Part shown: positions 52,861-64,000 of the stretch, piece by piece | Layout: every line of letters starts with the position of its first letter | Numbering within the stretch: the stretch's first letter is position 1 | DNA from: Ruditapes philippinarum | Taxonomy: Eukaryota | DNA length: 64,000 bases | NCBI RefSeq assembly: GCF_026571515.1 | Contig: NW_026863691.1 | Location: 310,001-374,000 of the forward strand | Direction: 5' to 3' | Made by a program: the position numbers and the translations under genes | The notes under the pieces: model-generated | Databases searched by the model: none | What the model was told of the DNA's origin: nothing | What the model saw: the letters and a program-made list of their open reading frames with translations, nothing else

Positions 52861-53699
52861 ACCTCCATGTGCATTAAATGTCGTTTTATTTTTTCATATC
52901 TCTTCATCACTACCGATATCGGATTTATTTGATGCCATATGTTTTAACTAAGGTTTAAACTGTATATTCTGTAGAAAGAAATTGACTTATTGACAGTATG
53001 AACAAATATTATTACTGGAATTACCAATAAATAGTCAGAAAATTAAAAAATAAAAGCATTATATACATGTATAGACTATAGAGGAAAGAATCAGTTAGAA
53101 GCTAATAATTTAGTTATAGACAAAGTTTAAGATACGATCGAAAAGATAAACGTCATGTTCCTATCTATCAACTCGTTAAAATTGCATGCCAAAAAATCAA
53201 CATAAAATATTTTTATTGAAATAAAAAATTATATATTACATGCAATTAATGAGTTACATGCAACTAAAGACTGATTTACCATATTTCTACTGTATGACTA
53301 ACACAGTGAAGCCTTTTTTTATTTTGTCATTTATTTGGCATTTTACATGGATTGAAAGTGCCGTATGTGAAAATTACTTTCTTTGTTCACTTGAAAATAT
53401 TTTACTTTTTAAAATATTTTCAAACATTTTATGAAATTAGCATAAATCTTGAGGCATGCTACTTAAACAATTTTTTGTCCTCTTATCTTTTGAACCGATC
53501 GAAGAAATTGGCACTAGTTGGCAGAAATGTTTACAATAATTAAACGATGGGCAGAGCGCAAGTTAAGGCTTCCTCAGTAAGGTTAAGATTAAAAATGATT
53601 TTGGAGATTGTCTTGTCCGCGCAGTATCTTTTTGAACCGCTGAAAGAAATTTAAAACTATTTGTAATTTCTAGGTCAAATATTTAGTATTTAGAGTTAC

Positions 53700-53939
53700 A
53701 CAAGGCACAAGTTGAAAATTGCGACTTTTTTTACAAAATCAAAGGCAATAACTCTACAAATACTGAATTAATCCACACACGAAACACAAGTGCACAACTT
53801 CACATGCTGATCAACATTCCTGTTAAATTTGTGGACACTAGCTGAAGCACTTGTGACATGTGACACAACATAGGAACACACACATGCAAATACCCACGGA
53901 CAAGGGAAAATATCACCCCCTCAATAATGAGGGCATAAA
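53700..53939 (-). mobile_element. HINE-type fragment
   Basis: Minus-strand start tttatgccctc...gagggggtga hairpin followed by a tgtccgtg-type microsatellite and a partial core unit. Confidence 0.5.
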
Positions 53940-54321
53940 CATGGTCGTGACCCCAATACGGCTCGAAGGGGCCACATTATTTTTCAGTAATAAGACGTTT
54001 GCATTTGTTATATGTATTCTATAGAAATTCACTAACTTCGTTCGAAACCTTGAGAATATTCGTCACAATAATATTATATTAAAAGCAAATAAAAATAATC
54101 GATTTTGACGGTTTATTTGACTTATAAGTTACATTTTACTAAATAAATCCAAGAATGGAGTTTAACTTAATCTTAAGTATGTGCCACTAAAGAGTTAATA
54201 TGCAAAGTAGATGTTTTCCATGATACACGAAAGCTGATGTTGAAAAACTATTGATTTAGAAAAGCAGAGTACTGATCTTAAAACGAAAATTTATACTGTA
54301 TTAAAAGTTTGACGTGACGAC

Positions 54322-57300
54322 TCAATCCTTTTGGTCTAAATATCTGATGACATTTTCAATTTCAGAACACTCTTCATTTGTCAAGTAGTCGACCCATATG
54401 CTTGTCATTTCTTCAATTGGTTCTCCTTTCTCTTCTGAAGTGAAACCTTCAAAGAAATCGTGGTTTTTCTTGTCATCTGTTTGACCAACTGCCACCAGAA
54501 AGATGGATTCTTCCTTCTCTGAAATAAATCCATCGTTATCAGTGTCTAGGATGCTGTTGAAGAACTCTTCACCTACCTGCATCCTGTTAACAAATCCATG
54601 CCGGTCATGCATGAAGGCATTAGCTTGAGTCGTAACAAAGTCGTCAGGTGTAATTTCATTTCCATTCCAAAGAAGTATAGTTGTCCACCATTTGTTAAAT
54701 TGCTCCTCTACGGCGTCCTTTTCCTCTTCAATGAGTTCATGAAGATGGATGAATTTGTCACTGTTGATACAGAAAATATACAGACAAATGAAAAAGAAAA
54801 ATTATCATTACTTTTAACAGACATAAAATTACCATCTCTGTGACGAAACTTCCAAGAAGTCATCTTTTATAGCAAGTTTATCCGCTGTTCGACAGTTAAA
54901 TCTGTCTAATTTCAAGTCAAATAAGAATATTGTGTGTAGAAAATGGTACAAATAGTTTTGAAATATTACTGCCGTCAATGGAGGTCTCAGTTAAGCCGAA
55001 ACTGTAATTGTTAAGTTATGTATTTATTCTTGGTAAAGCTATTAAGATATAAAGATATGTTGTAATCTAGTAACTGTGTACAGATTGTCTTGCACGATAT
55101 TTTCGTGCATCAACAAGGCGTTTCAAATCACTCGAAGTAATTGCATCGATTCGTTCACATTTATATTTTCCCCATCATATGCCCTCACCCCTACAATTTG
55201 ATTGCGTACACTTGTATCTTATCAAGTAAACCTTCAGTTTTTTTTTAAAGAAAAGAAGCTCATTTTGATGGAACTTTATTTTCAGTAATATCTAACAGGT
55301 GATGCTTCAAGTTCAAGTATTCAAGTATTTTGGAATTATTTTCATGTTTTATGTTTGAATTTATTACTGTAATAGTCGGTTTAATGATAGCAATGCAATT
55401 GACCAATACTAATTATGTCTCGCTGTTTATTATGCTTAATAGTTTTTAAAAAGAATAAATTTTAAAAAGAACAAATAATTTATTTTCGTTTGAGCAAACG
55501 AATTAGAAAATGATAGTAATTGAATTCTTTTAGCTTTTTTCTGTAGAATTTCGTTAAACAACTTGTCTCGCTGATCGAAACTATCCAGATATAAAATTTT
55601 GGATATCAAAATGAACTTTAAAATAGCATAGAGCCTGTAAGAGTGTGAATGTTGCCCTTAATCTTAACTATTGTACCTAAATACATATAGAATAATATGT
55701 TCCCGGAACAAGTTATTACATTACTGTACTAATGAAGGATTTTAACAACTAGGTAATGATTTCGTGCGTACGCCACACGCTGATAAGGAAATATAGACCT
55801 TTTTACACTACGATTTTTCCGTAGTAACGGATATTGCATTTCGCACATGCGCATATAGATATTTTTGATTTTTTTTTTTAAACAAAAGTATAAAAAAACA
55901 ACACAAAAACTACAGATGAAATGAAATAAAGACGATATACCTACCTTGTCTGCTTTAGATCATCAAGGGCGACTACTCCGTCATCATTTGCATCGAAACA
56001 TTTTATCCATGCATCCCACTTCGAATATAGACAATCACTGACAAGTACTTCCTAAAGAGTTATATAACATTGATATAAGAATCTGTACACAATGCATCAT
56101 ATTTTGCACAAAAACATGCAGAATCAGTTTCAACAAATTTGATTTAGATCTGGATCAATAACTTCTTGCAAAATTTAAGATCATTTACTTTCTCCGTTTA
56201 TTTAGAATTATCATTTAGATTGTACAAAATGACCAAAAATAGCCGACAGGCGTTAAAAGATTGTTCAACCCTAATCGGGCTATAGCTAAGGAACACACAG
56301 GTTGTAAATTTTCAGTTTAATTAGTATATTTCTTAATTTTCTTTTGCGTAATTTCCTGGTTGATTTATAATTCGGACTTGAGCTCTTTTAAAACAAAGTT
56401 AAATACAACACTTTTGTCTTGTTCTTGATGAAAAGAGCTTACCGTTTGATCATCTCTGCGTATCCTTCCAGATGATACCCATACCAAAGCTGCAACAGTT
56501 ATTAGGTAGTTTTTTAAAACAATCAATTTCCTCGTGAAACATAAATATAATACAGCACACTATAGCTACAACATTACATAGTAAGTGAGTGTTTACTTCG
56601 TTTGCTCGTATTGCTTTATGTGAATATAAGTTGAGAAAAGGAAATCATTTTATCTTTTGAGACACCTAAACTATCAATAGCCCGGGTACATCGTGGGTTT
56701 TCTCGTTAGTTCTCGTAATTTACATTATTTATTCGATTTGACAATATTATCCATACAGTTTGTAAAGAGTTAGTTGCTTCTGTTCACCAAATGAATTCTT
56801 AAATATGAGTTTTTCGGCGTTTTCAGTCAGCGTTTGCGGATTGGGTTTGGGGATTGTACATCTGATGAAGAAACTACGATGTAAACCCAGCATCAATTTG
56901 CTAACACTAACCTAAAATGACATTATGTATCCAAATAATAATAAAAAACGTATGTAACCGCCACGTTCCCAGATGATAGCCTCAACCCTCCTCCTCATAC
57001 GAACAATTAGGCATCTAATACGATTTTGAGGTAAATTTTGCCATTCTTTGTGAGAGTTTGTTCCAGTTGTTGCAGGTTCGTACCATTGCCAAAATAAAAT
57101 TTAAAATTTCAGTAGTCATCATGTCAAAATTGAGGCAAAATGCCGGGTGTGCTTTTCTTATTTCCAGGTGTATATGATTCCGTATATTTGATTCACACTT
57201 CTTCAAGTATGCAATAAATAGCAATAATTTTGAGAGAAAAAACCCAACATCATTGCTAAAATTCCAGCAAAATGTAGCAATACTGTTAAATAATTACTTT

Positions 57301-58807
57301 TTCAATGATCATGGCAATTCCTGAGAAGTGATTCATCCTGTTAACACCAATGTTGTAAAAGGCTAACTTGTTGACATGCAATTGAAGAATTTTGTATGCA
57401 TAAAGATTATTTTTTCTAATGGAAAGTGCAAGTTACCGTCCAAGCCCCCCAGCACCGGCTTTAGCAGTATTCAAAATTTAAACAGGAAAAGAGGGTTATT
57501 TATTTATTGATCACCTATTTGCCAGAGGTTTTCTAAGAAATTACTTTATTATTAATTAATATTATTATTATTATCTTTTATTAGTATAATTATAATTATT
57601 GTCGATGATATAATTATCTATATATTTATTATGATTATTATTATAATTATTATTATTATTATAGAACCGGCAAAGGCCGTCCATATGGCAAATACGCCGA
57701 AAATAATAGGGACGGCATATATAATTACTATGGCAGTGAAAGAGTTAATTTTAGCCTATTCATATAATAAAACAATTATTGTTAAGTGAGTTATTGAATA
57801 TTATACAATTATTGACTAGTGAGCTATTGAATATGATGCGATATTCACCGGCAGATGACATATTGACCGAGGCGATAGCCGAGGTCAATATGACTTTCTG
57901 CCGGTGAATATCACATCATATTTAATGGCTCACTAGTCAATAATTGTTTTATTATATGAATAGGCTAAGAAATAAAAAAAATCACAAAAAGTAAAACCTT
58001 ATATACATGTACAAATTTTGCCTTGTTCAAGCGCGGGAAAAAAAGGCGCACGTGTTAGGCGTGCAACGACTTCGCGAACGCTGCGCATACAAAAGTAATT
58101 CAAGTTTATACTCAACATTGCGGTGTAGCCTTTAAGTAAAATGGTAATGTATTGATATTTTAATCGAGAAATATGCCATAAAGAACAAAAAGCAACAATT
58201 ATTTTTTAAGTAACACGCGTATTTAACAGTCTACGGTGTATGATCATAGAATATGAGTCTCAATCTATTTTTAGACTGGGAAAATCCAATTCAGCCAGTG
58301 AATATGATACTACACCCAGTAAATATGATTTTATAAAAAGTTCTGTTGACTACTCTTTGGACCAATGAGATTGCAGATATATTTAGATCATATAATAAGA
58401 TGTGATATTCACCGGCAGAAAATCATACTGACCTCGGCTATCGCCTCGATTATTTAAGATATACTATTGTACACAATTATTCTGCTTTAATTAGTCTTTC
58501 TTCATATTGTTATCTTATTAATAATTGTTTTTTGTATTTATTTATTTATTTATAAAGAAACTATTTCATGATAAAATAAATTGTTATTAAAGTGTAAAAA
58601 CAAATTGCTAGTTTCCCCATATCACATTTATCACTTTTTGATAAAAACTTTTTTGTGCTGAAACGTATTTCAAAATGTAACAAAATGGAAAGTGAGAGTG
58701 TTTGTATATCTAGTTATCTCTGTTGCCTTAAATGGTTTAAATGAAGATGAAGAGGTAATGAAATACTTACCAAGTATCGAACACAGTCCAATCCAAATAT
58801 TAGCCAT
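54322..58807 (-). CDS. Sarcoplasmic calcium-binding protein (SCP)-like EF-hand protein with signal peptide, 209 aa, 4 coding exons
   Basis: complement(join(54322..54760,55945..56051,56443..56489,58771..58807)); GT-AG, phases 1/0/2, 630 nt. MANIWIGLCSILALVWVSSG-RIRR-DDQTEVLVSDCLYSKWDAWIKCF-DANDDGVVALDD...KWW...ITPDDFV...L-DTDNDGFISEKE...WVDYLT. Confidence 0.87.
57751..58449. mobile_element. Palindromic Crypton-like non-autonomous element in the first coding-region intron of the SCP-like gene
   Basis: Long hairpin 57751-57968 centred on ccgaggcgatagccgagg; inverted partial copy of the centre at ~58397-58449. Superfamily is tentative. Confidence 0.6.
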
Positions 58808-59330
58808 GTCTGTAAGTGTTGATCTGTCAATTTCACCAGACGTGAGACTCGCTATATATGTTTGCAAACTGTTCGTTAATTAACACCTGAATTTCCGCCC
58901 TACTTCGTGTTCTGATTGCGAGGTCATTTTGTTTCTGTTTTAATTAGTTTTAATTGATACACGTTTCCTTAATCAAAATACATATATATTTTAATTAGGA
59001 CAACGTTTTTTCGCAAAAGTAAAATAAAACAGTTTATCGTATGGAAAAGAGAAGAAAATTTTAGTTAGAAATATAAGTTCACGTACAGTAAAATAATGAA
59101 TATGACTGAAAGAAAATTTTACATTCTAACAGTTTCATGCAGGGTCACCAAATTAAGATAATTCAGTTATATCTCTTTATAGAAATAATTAACATGCACC
59201 ATTTTGTACATGTATAATTTGTTCTATGAATATTCAAACAATATCAATTTCGTTTCTAGTTTTAATAACCATTGAAATTGTGTCATTTATTTCAAGAGTA
59301 TTAAATTTATTCAAGTAGATGTTGTATTTA

Positions 59331-59571
59331 ATGTTTGTATCGCAGTTGTAAAGGGTTCTGGGACATTAAATACCGAGAAGTAGCTACTACCGGGTGTTTA
59401 GAAGTTCATTCTATCGAACAGATTCAATCAAACATTTTTAGTCTGTTTGTATCGCAGTCGTTTTAATGCTGTGTTTTTCTTGTCCTTTGGACATTTAGTG
59501 CCGAGAAATAGCTACAACCGCGTGTTATTGAAGTTCATTCTATCGAACATATTCGATCTAACATTTTTAGT
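59331..59571. repeat. Diverged tandem duplication of ~110-130 bp
   Basis: tgtttgtatcgcagt...gaagttcattctatcgaaca...aacatttttagt occurs twice. Confidence 0.7.
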
Positions 59572-60039
59572 TTTCGTAGGAGCTTTTCTCCTTCGGTGAG
59601 GGGAAGGAGGGTGATTTTTGTCCTTCTGAAATATTGTAACCTTTGCGTGATTTCTCTGCGACAGACATGCTGTCGGTATGAAAAATATATTCACAAATAA
59701 AATTATTTTATTTCTATTTGTAATAATATTATTAGTTTCGTGATATGAGCAGGTGGGGAATCATAACGACAAATTTGAATTCATTATTTTAGTCATTTCA
59801 GTTATTTAATTAACATAACGTTAAATGCAGCAAAAAGACCAAATAGACCAAATTATTTAATAACCAACAGCATCGTCTTGATTTTTGTTGAATAATGACT
59901 TCTGTTAAAAAAAAAAGTTAAATACATTCACCTTGTCTAGTTTTATAATCCTGGCTTCCATATACAAACGTCGCTATGGACAGTTTCAGCGGCATATATG
60001 CGATACTTAAATCATACATATATACTGCAGTTTCATTGT

Positions 60040-61040
60040 AATCATTTTTGTAAAATGATTTGGACGGAAAAAAAATGAGAACGAAGATTAGCAAGGTAAA
60101 GACAGCGTTCACAGGACGCAGCCCCATCATCAATCAAGCCACAACAGCAGGGTAACCAGCAGGCATCGAACCAAAACCTGGAGAGGACAGAGGGGCGCGG
60201 AAGTCTTGAAAGAGTCAGTTTGACTTCATGTAATATACAGGAAATAACTTGAATAAATGGCAAGACTCTGCAACTAATATAGAGACGTATCGAAACTTTT
60301 CAAGATCCCAATTCCAAAGGCTAAATCAAAAGTAGTCAAACTATAGGCCAAGCCTATAGGAATATGCAAGAAAAAAGAAAAAGAGAAAGGCAGAGGAGCT
60401 TGCCAAAGAGAAAAGAAAGCAAGATTGACTTGAGAAGCTAAAGTTTAAGTTAGAGGCTGATGCCAAGAAAAAAGCTGAGAGAGAAGAGAAGCATAAGAAG
60501 AGGAAAGAAGAACGACACGGGAAATAAGGTAGAGAGAGATAGCTTGCTACTCTAGAAAATTCGTCAGATATGGTGATGATGATGCTGTCCCTATTAACAG
60601 ACATTTATGTTGCTTGTGAGAATATATGATTGTAGAATGTATCGCATCGCATGTTTTCGTAGATTTCATATTGATTGTGTTTCTTATGTAGACTTGAGTT
60701 TGAATGCGAATATTTTGAATTGAATTGAGAAATGTCACTGAAGCAATGTAATTACCGATTACTCTGTTGCTTTTTCAATTAATTTGTGGCACAGATCTAT
60801 TGTTGTATATGTTTTAGTATCATTAAATGAAGATTTTAGGTGTTCTTTCGTTTGAAACTGCTTTAAGTCTCAAATGATACATGTAAAACGGAAAACATAT
60901 ATAAAATTGGCGTTTATTAACGAACAGTTAAATTTTTTTGCCTCAGTGTTCGGTAACATCGGCCCCCGCTCTATATGCTTCCATTTATTTAAAAGTTATT
61001 TTTTAAATTCTAACACGCTTAACACTACCCCGCTCTCAAA
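60040..61040 (+). mobile_element. Possible decayed pogo/Tc1-type transposase C-terminus and terminal repeat
   Basis: Broken K/E/R-rich frame 60360-60530 followed by acidic and Cys-rich remnants; TIR-like gcttaacactaccccgctctc near 61017. Weak. Confidence 0.3.
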
Positions 61041-62558
61041 TAGATAGGCAATCAAGTGCATTTTATCCTGCTTCTTTTTATATTATCAGCTGGATAAAGC
61101 ATTGCCTATCTCCAGTCATTATGTCACATGATTATCAGCAAAACAAAACTTCATATAGACTGATGCTGTTTATCAGAATAAAACCATTTTTAAACAAGAA
61201 AAATATTACATACATTCGTATGTAATAAAGGTACGATTGCATACTACTTTTTGTGAAGACTTTTTATGTTTGTTACATTAAAGGTGTAATGTAAAATGAA
61301 CAAACATGTCATGAGATATTTTATATCTTTAAACATTTTCATGGAATGTAATTAATGTATCATCATATTAAAGCTGCATGCCTTCAGATGAGAAAAATGA
61401 TTTCAAGGAAATCAAAATATGAAAAGAAAATGCACGGTCAATTGCCTGCTTTGAAGCATAATCACAAAATAAAATTACAGGAAATCTGGGATGTACTATA
61501 ACGTATCGTATGTTCCAGAGGAAATTAAAAACCTTTTTAAAACACTAAAAGTAGAATTTCATTGTAAATCATAGTCGCAGATTTATTAACATCATTATTG
61601 GTTTTAAATTGATAAAAAAACGCCGAAAGACACAGTTTGTAAATATTTATTACAAAAAAATATGAAAAAGGTATTTTTCATCCTATGCAACGGCTGAGGT
61701 TAACTATATTTATAATTCCCGCGCTAAGTCGCGGTGGTGCTTGGGATAATCACTTGATACTGTAAATGGCAGCCATTTTACGATACGAAAATGCATGGCC
61801 CTCCTCGGACAGTTTATCCTGCCGAAAGGATATGAAAAAATACTTGCAATTCGAATTTTGTTTGCTACATAAAGATTATCTATTTACTCTTTTTCTCTGC
61901 CTGACTGTAATAATATTGATGTGTTTTCATTGGCTTAAACCATCACGTTATCAATACACATGTAGGTGTGAACTTATTTCGTGTTCATTAAAATTATTTT
62001 GTTAATAGACATATAACAATCTTATCTACAAATGAATTGATAAAACAACGATCCCAGAAGCATTTAAGATAATAACAATCATTGGAAAAAAATAAATGCA
62101 TATAAATTGTAAATTTGTGTATGACAACTCACCCCTAAACAAAACATAATAGACTCAACCAAGACAAGCGTCTGCTTCTTTACCTTTCTATGTAGTTGCA
62201 TGACCATGATTAGCAATAGCAAACAAAATTTAGGAGCTAAAGCTATTGTAAAAATAACACTATGACCACAGCAGATTACGTACAGAAAAATGATTTGACA
62301 TGATTAAACCAGTCATAAGCAAGAAAATCGCTAAAGCTCGCCAAGATGCACTCTCTCTCTCTCACCGGATAAACCTTTCAGACATCAACTATGTATTCTC
62401 TATATTACATAGCATAAAAAGGTCATGCTAATACGTCATATATATTTCAAAATATAATGTATAATAAAGCACTGGTAACAAATCCCGGAAATACTCTTTG
62501 TAATAGTAGTTTTAGAGACAATTTTTGCTTTTGTTAGAAGGATCCCATTTCATCCTTC

Positions 62559-63938
62559 TTAATCCATCGTGTGCCTGACTGCTATTTGGTCGTTGTTTTT
62601 GTTCCCTACAATCTGTTTATTGTGTCTCATATTATCATTATTGCATACATTGTCTGTTTTCTTTGCAGTTTGAATTATCACAACTTCTCCCTTTTTGTAG
62701 CAACCGCCACCATTTTGAAGACAGATACTAGGCCAAACAACTTCGTAGATGGTACCTTCTTCTTTCATCGGATCTATAACTGGCTGTTTTGGTGAGTATA
62801 TTCTAAAATGTTCAATACATTCCGAATGGTTTCTGCCAATAACATCAAAATCTAGTCTTAATGGAGGGTTTGAAACTATTATCAACCAGCAGCAATCGAT
62901 ATATTTGTCGAAAAACTTTTTCAAATCATTGACTACCTCTGCTTTATTTGCCCCGACATCGAAAGCACTTATTTCTTCTGTCGTCTTTAGTTTTAACCAT
63001 ATTTCCTATAAAAGCAGAGAAAATCGCAAATATCAGGTTCTTGCAACTGTACACAAAAAATTAAGTCAGATCAAACCGGCTTAGCTGCCCTCTTGGTTAA
63101 CGCAGCGCCCAAACACTTATATTATATTCATAGAAAACCAGCATTTGCTGATGAATAGAAGTAAAAACCACAAGAAAGCACTCAAGAATACACAAAGAGC
63201 GAACAAATGCTATTATCCCTTTCCAACAAAATTTTCAAGTAAAGTTCTAGAATAATTTTCTTATGGAGCGTCAAAAACAAATAACACATTATTTTAGCTT
63301 GTAACAAAACATTTCCTATTACTCACAATTTTTCATGTAGATTTTCATAAGTCTAAAGTCTTTTTGTAAATTAAAAACTGAATTATACATAATACGACAA
63401 TAATGATAATAATAATAATAATAATAATAATAAAATTTCTAAAGTTACTTACATGTACCAGTCTATTGCGTACTGCCTCTGTCCGGGCATATTTTCTTCG
63501 TAAAGAAAATAGTTCTGGATTCTAAAGAAACATGTAAAATAAATGTACATTACTATTACTTCTTAAACATAGAATATAGTACTTAAAATTAGATACATTT
63601 TAATTTTGGAAGTATCAAATCAATCCAAGCTTTTAGTTTTTAGAACTTAATATCTTTTTTCCCGGTTGGGTTTTACGTCGTACCAACGCAATATAGGTCA
63701 TAATTATGGCGATTTTTCAGCTTTACTGGTACAGGAAGACATCATGTGTCCAATTGAACATTATTTCAGGCACAAACGAGCACCGATAGCTTTGTCAAGT
63801 GAAGAAAATCTTTGAATTACCGTAAGTTTTAGAAAGAAATCTTACATCTTCTTGAAGAGGTGTTGGTTCATTTTCAGTAAGCAAGAAAAACAGACGAATC
63901 TGAGAATCAGCAGCTTTTCCACATTCTTCATAGACAAA
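62559..63938 (-). CDS. Mieap C-terminal-domain-like protein, copy 2 (last three exons; 5' part beyond the window)
   Basis: complement(join(62559..63005,63453..63521,63846..63938)); YIDCCWLIIVSNPPLRLDFD, HFRIYS, VVWPSICL...KGEVV; 93-nt exon ends GAA GAT|gtaag exactly as in copy 1. Confidence 0.82.
63655..63785 (-). mobile_element. 3' fragment of the tRNA-derived SINE family
   Basis: Reverse complement matches the 3' half of 52632-52860. Confidence 0.6.
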
Positions 63939-64000
63939 CTAAAAGTATTCAAATATACAGATAATATAATTCAAAGTAAAAAGCCAATAACCTTTCACAA

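Noticed and set aside
54322-56051. Aequorin-like photoprotein
   Set aside because: Same fold family, but EF4 is degenerate and I see no diagnostic coelenterazine-binding residues or C-terminal Pro; only SCP-like is supportable.

Overview
AT-rich, spliced, repeat-dense eukaryotic DNA. The repeat families and gene types look like a bivalve mollusc (probably a venerid clam); this is inference, not a database match. Two N-gaps are present. (1) A full-length but decayed tyrosine-recombinase retrotransposon (5708-13410) with split direct repeats A1...B1-A2...B2 encodes Gag, RT, RNaseH, a methyltransferase-like domain and YR, i.e. PAT-like DIRS order. It hosts a three-deep nest of non-autonomous elements. 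(2) Six host genes, mostly missed or fragmented by the ORF track and rebuilt here from splice sites: a single-exon secreted PAN/EGF/CCP/PAN protein; a 5-exon secreted four-EF-hand protein; a single-exon coiled-coil orphan; two diverged Mieap-C-terminal-domain paralogues; and a 4-exon sarcoplasmic-calcium-binding-protein-like gene with a signal peptide and an RIRR convertase site. (3) Many MITEs, HINE/Helentron-type elements with satellite cores, SINEs, LINE and Tc1 remnants, and long palindromes. The most unusual observations are the secreted SCP-like protein, a TGT...ACA TIR element with a 6-bp TSD, a SINE with a 67-bp flanking duplication, and a 34-bp filler shared by two unrelated TE remnants. 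No CRISPR array, rRNA or prokaryotic system is present, and I cannot claim a wholly new biological system from sequence alone.
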